A stretch of 64,000 nucleotides of DNA, taken from contig VRVR01000060.1 in NCBI GenBank assembly GCA_009859145.1, positions 1-64,000 of the forward strand. Direction: 5' to 3'. The notes beneath the pieces were generated by a model. That model was not told the DNA's origin. It made no database searches and saw only the letters and a program-made list of their open reading frames with translations. How positions within the stretch are numbered: the first letter of the stretch is position 1; each line of letters starts with the position of its first letter. Position numbers and translations under genes: made by a program. Source of the DNA: Andalucia godoyi And28 (lineage: Eukaryota > Protista > Jakobida). Positions 20,335 through 30,051 of the stretch are shown piece by piece.

Positions 20335-21609
20335 TTATCTCAAGATTAAGTGAAGTTCTCTTAGCAACCTCCTCCTTTCGCTGTTGCGCAGAGAGGGAAA
20401 TTCGTCTCCAAACAACTGACGCAAAAGATTCACAATCTGCGGATTCATGAAGAGCGGTGGCATCGAAGAAGAGAGGCCACATAGAGCAACAGGATTCTGA
20501 TTGTTAAATCTCTGGTATTCAGTGATAGTGCGCTGAAATACTCCATCCATCGTGAGGTACGTATCACTTCTGGCTATACGCAATAGCGCCTTGGATAAGG
20601 TGACTTCTGTTGCTGTTTGGCCCAACGAGCATGAAAATAAAAGTTGAACGTTATGAAGGTCGAGAATAACACTGGGGCGTTGTCCCACACGACATGCGTC
20701 AATTACAATTCTCAGCACTGGGGCATTTCTTCGTCTGATCGTTACGATCGTCTCCTCTCTTTTTCTCTTCAATTTGGCAAGCCTTTTCTTCGCTTTGGAT
20801 CTTTCTTCTTCGCTTGCAATCCTTCGAATCCTTTCTTTCTCCATATCAATTTCGCGCGTCAAATTAGGACCCAATCGTCGTTGGATGAATGCATCAAGCC
20901 TGGTCGCAAACTTTTGGCAAAGATCCTCGATATTCACGTTCTGCCCATCCGATCCCAGAATAGATGTCTCGCCATTTTCACACTTGCCATGACTGCTGAT
21001 CATAAAGATACCATCTCTCTCTTTCTCATCCAGAAACATTGCATCAAGAAGACTGTTGAAGTGTAATTCAATCTGGCTTGCGTCTTGATTGAGTTTAATG
21101 ACGATTTGGTTTTCATCCAATCCAAAACGTTCCAAGAACTTTTTATAGTTCTTTTTTTCACTTTTGTAGTTTGGAAGGCGGTTTTGCTCACTTTGGAATC
21201 TGCCATTCGATATTATCACAGCAGCCGGGCGACTTTGGAAAGCAAGGCGCTCGTCACGGGCATCAATAAAATCGAGAATTGGTAGCCTTCTCATCGCGTC
21301 ACAAAGATCGGCTCTTTCCTCCATGTCACAACACTTGAAAACTCTTTGAAAGTATGCCACTACTCTATCTAAAATAAAATTCTGGAACAATATTGAGTTG
21401 TTTGTTTCTGAGAGAAGGAAGCTAATCACGGCAAAATGAGCAGTAATCTGATTTTGTGCAAATAGACGACCATTCTCGTTTGAGTGGAACAAACTTTGTC
21501 GAAGATCAGTCGTGCTTTTCCAAGTCAGCGAAGTCCTAATACGATCTTTTGTAAGAAAGAGCAGGCCTGCGTTGTTTCCACAATGGAAAAATGGAAGTTC
21601 AACATCCAT
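20335..21609 (-). CDS. Caspase-like cysteine peptidase (clan CD, C14) with a coiled-coil insertion
   Basis: AAVIISNGRF first strand, MISSHG (catalytic His), IVIDACR (catalytic Cys), LLFSCSLGQTA. About 125-aa N-terminal extension. Confidence 0.78.
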   Translation of the reverse strand: MDVELPFFHCGNNAGLLFLTKDRIRTSLTWKSTTDLRQSLFHSNENGRLFAQNQITAHFAVISFLLSETNNSILFQNFILDRVVAYFQRVFKCCDMEERADLCDAMRRLPILDFIDARDERLAFQSRPAAVIISNGRFQSEQNRLPNYKSEKKNYKKFLERFGLDENQIVIKLNQDASQIELHFNSLLDAMFLDEKERDGIFMISSHGKCENGETSILGSDGQNVNIEDLCQKFATRLDAFIQRRLGPNLTREIDMEKERIRRIASEEERSKAKKRLAKLKRKREETIVTIRRRNAPVLRIVIDACRVGQRPSVILDLHNVQLLFSCSLGQTATEVTLSKALLRIARSDTYLTMDGVFQRTITEYQRFNNQNPVALCGLSSSMPPLFMNPQIVNLLRQLFGDEFPSLRNSERRRLLRELHLILR

Positions 21610-21778
21610 ATTGAAGGTTCAGGTACACGAACGATGAAAATACGTTTGCCGTTCAGGAAGTAATAATAAGCTTTACGGCTTTTGTTGAGGAGAAAACAGC
21701 CAAGTACCGCATTCATCCCACGTCCCCTGCCCAGAAGCCCTCCTTCTCCAACAGGCTCAGGACTGAGGAACTTCCCCG

Positions 21779-21839
21779 GTCTAGCTCATTGGTTAGCCGT
21801 AACGACTGCACACGTCGGATGTGTAGCATCTATTTAGAC
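21779..21839. other. Compact four-helix, cloverleaf-like inverted-repeat structure
   Basis: GTCTA/TAGAC closes three hairpins: GCT-CATTGGTT-AGC, CGAC-TGCACAC-GTCG and GATG-TGTAG-CATC. No T-loop GTTC motif, so not a canonical tRNA. Confidence 0.3.
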
Positions 21840-21912
21840 GTTAGTCTGAAGTGTTTGTGTTAACATCATTCAACACCCAAAATTCCCCTACATCAGAACC
21901 CGCTGAATTGCC

Positions 21913-23250
21913 CTAGTCGCCACTTGCTGCGTCGCACGTGGTCGTCAAAATCAACATCATGTTTGCAGTTAAACAAGGGCCGCCTATTACCATTCGTACA
22001 TGATGGATGAAATGGTTATAAAACTGGAGTTTTCCACATGATCCATACGAGCGGATCGTCCAGACATCTTCTTTAGTGGCTTCCACGAATCCAGGTTGGG
22101 ATTGACAGGACACTACTCTAATATTTCCTTCCAAAAGATCGCCTGCCTTTCAATCAAAGACGCGCGACGCCTGGGATTGATCGAGTCAAAGAATTCAGAC
22201 AATAGTTGGAAATAACTTCTCAGGAAGCCGTCTGCACCTCTCACTGAATGCCAGTTGTGTGTCTCCTGCAAATCAAACAACATTTGTACGCGTTCAGGGT
22301 ACAACAGAAACCTCGCATCACAGCCAAGCACCGGAATGCCAGAGAGGAAAACGACAGAATAGCTGCAATCTTTTGACGAATCGAGAGCACTTGCTGCGAA
22401 GCGGAGATGTTTTAGTGTCGAGCAGCACACAGACGTTGCATAATCCAGTCCCAGCTGGTCACGAATGATTGAGGGAACAGTACGTTCACTCACATTCGCA
22501 TAGACACGGGAAACAGGTGGAATCAGACGGGTTCCAAAGAAGTTCGACCAGGGCAGTTTGTTGATCGCAGGCTTTGATTGGGTGAGATCAGCATCGGTAA
22601 AGTCATGATAATCCCGAATCTTAGTAGCAGATTCCATCGCAGAGCGCCCGTGCAAGATTTACGTTGACAAGAATACAGGCACAATTGACTTCGTGGATTA
22701 CACGAAAGACGCCAAGGCTGCAAGATACTTATGCACAACATGAGGGATACGAAGGATCACCGATGTCACCTCTACGCTCGAAAACAGACAGAGATTGCTC
22801 GCTCTTTCAAATAGAGGACGCATCAGCTTCTTCACTTCTTGAAGACACTTGCGTGAAGGGAGAAACGCCGGGATGCCATACATGAAGACAGACCACACAT
22901 GCTGCTGCAACATCATATTGATAGTTCGAGGAGGGAAGGCAGTGCGGGAGGCAAAGATCATGCGATTAAGGCGATAGCAAGAGTATCGGACAGCTCGAAG
23001 CATCTCCTGTTCCTGCTTGGCAAAGGAGAGATTGGAATCGAACCATACTCCAAGATATTTGAACGATTTGACAAAAGAGGTCAGACACGGAGTACCATCG
23101 AAACGGACAAACTCGATAGCAGGGGGCAGCTCCGCGTCATCCTCTTGCAAGCAGTTGACCAGCAGGCAATTGGTTTTAGAAGCAGAAATACGCAGTCCAA
23201 CATCACTCAACGCTAACTGAAGGGCTGATAGAACACACGAAATAGATGTT
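21913..23250 (-). mobile_element. 5'-truncated, decayed non-LTR retrotransposon (LINE) remnant
   Basis: RT C-terminal motifs GLRISASKT and FKYLGVWFDSNLSF, then FMYG; several stops downstream. No intact YxDD motif visible upstream. Boundaries approximate. Confidence 0.75.
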
Positions 23251-23694
23251 GTAGTTTGCCTGGTTTTTAGACGTCATGAAAAATGCACAAAAGTAGGGGG
23301 TTTTCCATGAAAATCCATGGAAATTGTGAAATCTTAGTGGGTAGACAAACTGGAACAATCTTTGGGTAAATACATTAAATAAGGAGGGGAAAGGAAATGA
23401 AGGAAAAAGGAAACGAGAAATGAAGGAAATGAGTGAGTTTTGAAAATCTCCAATTCCTTTAATGATATGAGTATAGGAATTCTGGGACTCACATCTCTGA
23501 ATAGCTATCCACTGGGTATGAGTCTACTATTTTCCCGACTCATGGAATCGGAGCAAATCTGATAAACTCCGCATTTATGCTTTTTTTCCCGTTTACATTT
23601 CTTTTCTTCTCTTTATCTCTTTCTCTCTTTCTCTCTATATTTTTATTCGAGTTCTTTATTTTCTTTTCTTTTCTTTTCTTTTTCGTATTGACCC

Positions 23695-25725
23695 ATGAGT
23701 TCGTCCGATCCAAATGACAAGATTCAGGAGCTGCTGAAGCAATTCGAGCAGTTGAAGCAGGCAAAGGAGGCTGCTGAAGCAGTCGCTGAACATGAACGGA
23801 AGGCGAAGGAAATTGCTGAAGAAGCCGCTGAGCATGAAAGACAAGAGAAGGAGAGAGAAAGACAGGAGAAGGAGAGAGAAAGACATGAGAAAGAGGCAGA
23901 GCATCGAAGAAGACTTGCTGCCGAAGAACAAGCGAAGAAATCGGAAGAGCAAGCGAAGAGGTCGGAAGAACAGGCGATCAAGTCCCAAGAACAAGCGAAA
24001 ACTTCGCAAGAAAAATTGATTGTAACAAAAATCGAGCTTTTCGTCTCCAAGTTGTCACAGGATTTGCTGGCTTTGGGGTCGTCGTCGCGCAGCCACACCA
24101 CCAATTTGTATGCCACGGATGCTTCGTTTGACGATCTTTTCCCCTCCATTTCTTCCAATCTCCCGTTCTGGGAGGATTTCCAGGCAATGTGGAACGAGAC
24201 AGTGGGAACGCTGCCTCTCGACTCTTGCCCTGAGCCCCTCCTGCAAGACCAGCTTCGGTTGTTCATCACGAGATTCCTCTCCAAACACGGTGACATGCAT
24301 GTGGTGGACTTTTCGCGCAGTGGTCTCTATGGACAGCGGCAACGAGTGGATTTGCTGCTTTACATCGGCCGTCTGGCGGTGCGGCGGCCCATGTATCATG
24401 GAGTGAGTCTCGTTGTGGAACTCAAGGCGTCCGATCAACATGATGGCACCGAAAAGTCGAAGCTCTCCGAGGCTACCTTGCAAGTGTACCAGCGATTTGC
24501 GCACATCGTTCAGGAGTCTGGCATTTCTCGCCGTGTGTGCTGGGGCTTTGCGTGCAACCGGAATTTCATTGTCTTCATTTGTTTGCGCATTTTCGATTCC
24601 GAGTCTGGATGGGACTACGAACTGCTGGAAACTGAGCCCATTGCACTTCACGAGGACGGTATGAAAGGCCTTTGCTTCTTGTTGTCGAGTGATCCACATG
24701 CCCTGTGTGGGTGGAATGGCGCGCCGCCCCCAGTTGTGTCCACCTTGTCCTCTGGAATCTTGCGCTCACTCTCTGTTTCACCGAGACTGGAGCTGACTGG
24801 AATGCTGCAGCGTGCACCGGTCCATGGCATCGGGAAGATCGATGCTGTGGAGCTGGCGACCGCGACTCTTGATTCAACAACCTCCGTCGTTGTCAAGTGC
24901 TTTCCGGCATCGAAGCATGCGGAATGGACCACCGAACTAGGTGCACTGCAGGAGCTTTCCAGAATCGACTGGGGCCGTCATCGTTTCTGGGTCCCCACTC
25001 TCTTGCATTCCGAACAGTCCGATCAAGGAGCGATTCTATGCACTGCACCTATAGGAGTGCCGTTGCCACTTGCATCGTGCTACCCGAACCGCGCCCTCGT
25101 ATTCTGCACGAAACTTTTGCAGCAGCTGACCAGCATCATACTGCAATGCAGTGAGCATGGCATCCACCACATGGATATTTGTCCGCAAAACATCGTGTTA
25201 TTAGAGGAGGTGCAAAGCGACTTTCCGTTTCCCATATGCTTGATCGACTGGGGTGGTGCATCGTTTATCCAGAAGCACGACAAGAAAGAGTTTCACTACC
25301 ACGCTGCCTTCTCGCCCGACTGGCTGGACCTCGTGCGTGATCTGACGGATCTGACGGATGGCGAGCGACTCCAAGTGTGTCTGCAGCAGGCTGTGCTCAC
25401 GGCATTGTACCTTGCCATCGGCGATGTTCTCTCGTGGCTGCCTCCAGTGGCTATTTTCCTGAAGGAGTCGACCCATCGAGAAAAGCACACCCGGCTGCAC
25501 AACAAAGATGCATTGTTTCGAATCCGGTCGCGTATTCTGAACGATGTGCTGAATCCATCTCTTCCGATTCCCGCGCTGGACTCGGAGGAGCGGAGACCTC
25601 TGCGTTCCTTTTGGCAAAGACTGCATCGTGAGTTCCCCAGTTTGTTTGAGTTGAAGAAACGGAGCAGCGCGAGTGAACGGCTGGTTAGTCGCATGCGAGA
25701 GTTCTTTGAAACTGCGAATGGTTGA
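23695..25725 (+). CDS. Crinkler-like effector: charged coiled-coil repeats + PD-(D/E)xK restriction-endonuclease-like domain + protein kinase (676 aa)
   Basis: N-terminal heptad repeats (RERQEKE, EEQAKKS). REase-like RVD...VVELK...LQVYQR followed by WGFACN. Kinase motifs VVVK, TTE, HMDICPQN, LIDWG. Confidence 0.8.
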   Translation: MSSSDPNDKIQELLKQFEQLKQAKEAAEAVAEHERKAKEIAEEAAEHERQEKERERQEKERERHEKEAEHRRRLAAEEQAKKSEEQAKRSEEQAIKSQEQAKTSQEKLIVTKIELFVSKLSQDLLALGSSSRSHTTNLYATDASFDDLFPSISSNLPFWEDFQAMWNETVGTLPLDSCPEPLLQDQLRLFITRFLSKHGDMHVVDFSRSGLYGQRQRVDLLLYIGRLAVRRPMYHGVSLVVELKASDQHDGTEKSKLSEATLQVYQRFAHIVQESGISRRVCWGFACNRNFIVFICLRIFDSESGWDYELLETEPIALHEDGMKGLCFLLSSDPHALCGWNGAPPPVVSTLSSGILRSLSVSPRLELTGMLQRAPVHGIGKIDAVELATATLDSTTSVVVKCFPASKHAEWTTELGALQELSRIDWGRHRFWVPTLLHSEQSDQGAILCTAPIGVPLPLASCYPNRALVFCTKLLQQLTSIILQCSEHGIHHMDICPQNIVLLEEVQSDFPFPICLIDWGGASFIQKHDKKEFHYHAAFSPDWLDLVRDLTDLTDGERLQVCLQQAVLTALYLAIGDVLSWLPPVAIFLKESTHREKHTRLHNKDALFRIRSRILNDVLNPSLPIPALDSEERRPLRSFWQRLHREFPSLFELKKRSSASERLVSRMREFFETANG

Positions 25726-25853
25726 AAACAATCGGGCTTGCAAGATGAGAGCGAAGACCGGGAATTCATTCCCACCGGGATCTCGAATTGTTGACGAGTA
25801 TTTTTATTTCACTGCGGAGGTGACAGTGAACATCATCATGCTACTGGAGGGAT

Positions 25854-26588
25854 TTGTGTGATGCCAGCTTGCAGAAAGATCATCTCGGCAAATGCAAGGT
25901 TGCCGTCATCTGCCTTACACAGACATTCTCTGCCCATTCCTCATCGGTGAGAGATCGCTGGCTTGCTACATTCGTGAACGCCAAGAGGAGCAACACATCG
26001 GGATCAGACTCCATTGTTGTGTTTTTGGCAATGCGCGCGCTGGAAGAAATGGGTCCTGAAATGGACTCTGGCTTAGAACATCCGGCGTTGGCAGCGTTTT
26101 GCAAGGAATTTTACGCCGACCTGAACGCGTTGATCGAGCAGGACGGAATCCATTTTGCATTCATTGCCGAAGGGTGGGCTGGAACGCTGCTCAAGGCTGC
26201 CTTGTCGGAAAACGAAGCACTAATGGACCGAACAGCAGCCGTGTTCTTTTTCCAAGATGCGCTGCAAAAAATGGCTGCGGAAGCCAAAGTTGACGCCAAC
26301 TTCAAAACAGCGATTCTTCACAGATGCGAAACGCGCGAGGTTTTCCCTTTTCAAATGTATTCCTACGTTGATGCCAACGACTCATCGCCGTCAACTCCTC
26401 TTGAAGCAGGAAGTGCGTCTGCGGATCTCATTTCGGAGGTTGAGACAACAATGTCCTTGTCTTCCCCTTACAAGTCTCTGATGAGGATGGAGTCTTTCCG
26501 TCTTGAAGTGCAGACCGAGTTGGTCAGAATTTTAAAGCCCTTGTTTGATGTGGATTTCTCCCCCGCTCCCCGTCTCTCCGCTCGCTAA
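25854..26588 (+). CDS. Hypothetical protein, possibly a degenerate alpha/beta-hydrolase fold (Arb2/FAM172-like)
   Basis: FAFIAEGWAGTLL...DRTAAVFFFQD resembles an elbow-helix-strand segment. The 5' end lacks an ATG and may continue by frameshift from 25745. Confidence 0.4.
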   Translation: MCDASLQKDHLGKCKVAVICLTQTFSAHSSSVRDRWLATFVNAKRSNTSGSDSIVVFLAMRALEEMGPEMDSGLEHPALAAFCKEFYADLNALIEQDGIHFAFIAEGWAGTLLKAALSENEALMDRTAAVFFFQDALQKMAAEAKVDANFKTAILHRCETREVFPFQMYSYVDANDSSPSTPLEAGSASADLISEVETTMSLSSPYKSLMRMESFRLEVQTELVRILKPLFDVDFSPAPRLSAR

Positions 26589-26981
26589 TTGGATCCAGTT
26601 TCACAGACACACGTATCTCGTTTCCGCGGTTTCAAAGTCCACTGCATTGTCAGATTGTCGAAAGACGACGCAGATTTGGCATGGGCAAGGGTCCAATGCG
26701 GGACAGTACCAACATGGATATGGCGTTCTGACAATCAGCGACATTCAGGAGATTCTCAGCCAGGTTCTCACTTCGTAGCACTATCGCACGATTTCAGTAG
26801 TAAACACTCTTCTCCAAACGGAATCTTGGATGAAATGGTGGAAACATTCACAGGTTGGTTGCTTTTGGATGGAGCTGCATTGGCATGGATTTATACGGTG
26901 GGATGACTGCACGGGGAACATGACATGAGAGACGTGGAGATACTACTTTCCGTTTACCGTGTTCGAGGGCGTAACGTTGGG

Positions 26982-27713
26982 CTAGAATTGCGGCAGGGTC
27001 CAGCACAGCGACTCGCAGACAATCGTTAGATTGGGGCCGCTGCTCGAGGATTGCAAGGTCCACTGGCCGTCGATCGCAGTCAGACGGCAGGTGAAATCGA
27101 ACCCGGTGCCTTGGTACGCGGCCATGCGGGATGCCGACAAGACGCAGAACTTGGAATTGATAGCTCCAAGTTCTCTTGATTCTCCGGTGGTTGCCGCTTG
27201 CCAAAACTCGGCGGGCGCGCCAAGTACGGCGGAGAACCACCTTGTGAGCACGGCGTCGTTTGCCAGCAAGGAGCGAATGTCGTGCGCATTGCCCGCGATT
27301 GCACTCTGAAGCGTAGAAACGTTCGACGACAGCACCTGCACAGCGTCAACCAACTGCTGGACCACGCCCTTGATGCTCACCCAGTCTTCATACTCGACAC
27401 ACTGGGTACAGTTGGACGCGGGGTCGCAGCCCGGAAGGCGCTTCTCGCAGTACTCTCCTGCCCAGTATCCGCGGGCATCGGAGGCATAGCATACGTAGGG
27501 CATGTCCAGGAGAGCGCCGATCACCTGGAACACGCCGTTTCCATTGCACACTTTGCGACTGCACGCTGGGATGTTCGCCGTGTCGGAGCAGTTCAGTGCG
27601 TCGTACAGCGAATACTTGTCGTGATCCAAGCGAATGTCCGAGGTGCCTTGAACATTCGCAAAGAAAAGGTGCAAGACACATGCGAGAAGAATCGCGCTGG
27701 ACGCTCGGAGCAT
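26982..27713 (-). CDS. Secreted protein: signal peptide, EGF-like module, coiled coil, small Cys-containing C-terminal domain
   Basis: ATG at 27713 (MLRASSAILLACVLHLFFANVQG). VCNGNGVF...CYA...WAGEYCE, heptad-patterned VQQLVDAVQVLSSNVSTLQSAI. Confidence 0.75.
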   Translation of the reverse strand: MLRASSAILLACVLHLFFANVQGTSDIRLDHDKYSLYDALNCSDTANIPACSRKVCNGNGVFQVIGALLDMPYVCYASDARGYWAGEYCEKRLPGCDPASNCTQCVEYEDWVSIKGVVQQLVDAVQVLSSNVSTLQSAIAGNAHDIRSLLANDAVLTRWFSAVLGAPAEFWQAATTGESRELGAINSKFCVLSASRMAAYQGTGFDFTCRLTAIDGQWTLQSSSSGPNLTIVCESLCWTLPQF

Positions 27714-27904
27714 CTCGATTCTTGGTGAACTGCTGTATGGTAGAAGAGCCCAATGGGCGAAGAAAGGACAACAAGGATGAAAGATGGGGATTGGGATTTG
27801 AGATTCATAGCGACGCTGCGAGTTCGGGGATTTTCGGTCTTGCACGATTTGTCACTAAATTATTATTTCTTTTCAGTTTTCTTTTTCCATTTTCTGTTTT
27901 CAGT

Positions 27905-29181
27905 GAAGAGCTTGTCCGATCGAAATGATGCGATCAGCAGCTGCGCAAGCAAGTCGAGCAGTTGAATCGGGAGAAGGAGTCTGCTGGGTCTGCTCCGAGA
28001 AAGGAACGCCAAGAGAAAGAGCAGTCGCAGGAAGAGAAGCAACCGTTGTAAGAAGAATTGAAAAAGTCGAGAATTGAAATGTTTCCCGTGCAATTGTCTC
28101 GAGAATTTATTGGCTGTCGGATCCTCTTCGCGCAGCCGCGAGGCGAACTTGTGCACTTCGGTAACTTTTGAGTCCGTTTGTTGTGATGATTTCCAAACAT
28201 CGTTGCATCGTTGATTCAGAAAAACTCTTCCAAACCTCCACTGCAAGGTCGAATTTGAATAATTTTTTTACCCAGCCTCTCTCCAAGCACGCGGACGTGC
28301 ATTTGGTGGATTCTCGAGAATTGTTCTGTTCGAACTGATCCAACGTGTGGATCTTCCCTTTTGTCGAGGTCGCATTGCACAGATGTTACCGAAGTGCTTT
28401 GAGTCTTGTCTCGCTGGAAAGTCCAAAGCTTTTGTTCGAGGTGAGCGCGAGGTTTCGAAGTTGAATGCTGGCTTCTTGCAAGTGTACCAACGATTTGTCG
28501 CCCTGGTCGAAAGACAGCGTTTCTACTGCGGATTTGTTGGTCTTTCAACACCAAGTTCTGCAACCATCCGAGCGTTTGGGATTATGATTTACTTCAAATA
28601 CAACTCGTTGCAATCAACTCCGGAGGGTTGCATGTGCTCTCGTTTTTGCTGTCTTGCGAATCGCAGGCTTTCGGCGCGTGTTACAGCGCCCCACCGCCTG
28701 TTTTTTCCCCAGCCTCTTCTGCGATGATCAGTTCGTTATTCTTTATCGCTTGCATCTTTGCTCCGCAGTTCTCTCTTGTTCACTGCTTCTTTTTCAACTC
28801 GCTGTCGCTGTGTTTTGTTGCCACGAGATCGGATGGACATCTGTTTCCCAAAAAAAAATGTTCTTCTGAATGAGCTTCATGAGAAGATTCAATGTCTGCC
28901 CTGTTGAATTCATTGTGGCGTGCTTCTTTCGTTCCAAAGTGGAACGACGAGTTTCAATACCATGTTCCGTTCTCATCAGGATGCATTCACTTGCGAGTTT
29001 ATCCGATGTCGAACGATTGAAAATCCGTTTGCGGGAAGTGATTCTGACAGCCATGTATCTTGCGTTTTGTGACATGCTCTCCTGGCTCGCGCCGATGGCC
29101 GTTGTGCTCTCCGAAAACTGTTTCCAAGTTTCGCACACTCGTTTACGAAAACGAAAGCGGTCTTGTTGGATGTATTGGTGA
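27905..29181 (+). pseudogene. Decayed paralog of the 23695-25725 REase-kinase
   Basis: Colinear matches across frames: SDRNDAI vs SDPNDKI; LLAVGSSSRS vs LLALGSSSRS; QRVDL; SKLNAGFLQVYQRF vs SKLSEATLQVYQRF; ERLKIRLREVILTAMYLAFCDMLSWL vs ERLQVCLQQAVLTALYLAIGDVLSWL. Many stops, frameshifts and an internal deletion. Confidence 0.85.
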
Positions 29182-30051
29182 TCCTCTTCGTGTGCTTTTC
29201 CAAAATGAAAGAATCATTTCTCATCTTTTTGATTGAAAAAGCCAAGTAGAGTGGTCATTGCAACGACAGTTCGAATTTGAGATTCTTGCAGGGCAATAAG
29301 AATTGTCTGGCAACGCCCATTTTGAGTTTACAAATTGTTTCTTTTCGTTGAATGAGGAAACAGAATCGCAGTGTGCCTTGCGAGATTTTTGCGTCCAACA
29401 GCTCAGCAGCCATTCAAGAAATCCACAATGCAATTGTGCATTTCGCTTTTTCTCGTGTTAACGTCGTTCAGATGATATCCGCACCGGAATCTTACAGTGA
29501 GATCATCTCAACTTACACATATCAATTGCGAACGGTGAATGGCAAGGTGCAGGGCAATTTTTGCAGAAGCACCTGGCATCTGTTTTGGTTGATTTGAACA
29601 GTTGCAGAGGTCATGATCTCTTTGATCTTTTCCTGTCAACAGCTCAATTCAAATCTTAAAGTTTGGAGAAACGTAGTCTAAGAAACTTGCATTTGCTGGT
29701 CAAATTTGACCTCCGCTGTTGAAGACTATTTTAACATAATCAGAACTTTTGGGTGGTGACTGTCACGATCGAGAGTCATCACAATTTAATGAGAAGACTT
29801 GCCGACGATGCTCGATAAATGATGACCGCGAGTGCTCCATTCTGCTGAAGGTCTTATCTGTTTTCCGTTCCAGCGACGTGGAGCTTCCGAACATCGTAAG
29901 CATGGGAGATGCCTGCTGTAGTCGACATCGCGGCCAGCATCGAGAGCTCCGAGTGAGCACTCTGCGCGCTCCTCCGTCACTTTTTCAGCGTCGTTTCGGC
30001 GTGCTTCTTCGTGTTTTTTTCTTTGCAAATTGCAGTTTCTACGATTCCACA

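Noticed and set aside
21779-21839. Bona fide tRNA gene (Val or Cys)
   Set aside because: No GTTCRA T-loop, short acceptor stem and a non-canonical anticodon loop; kept only as a tRNA-like structure.
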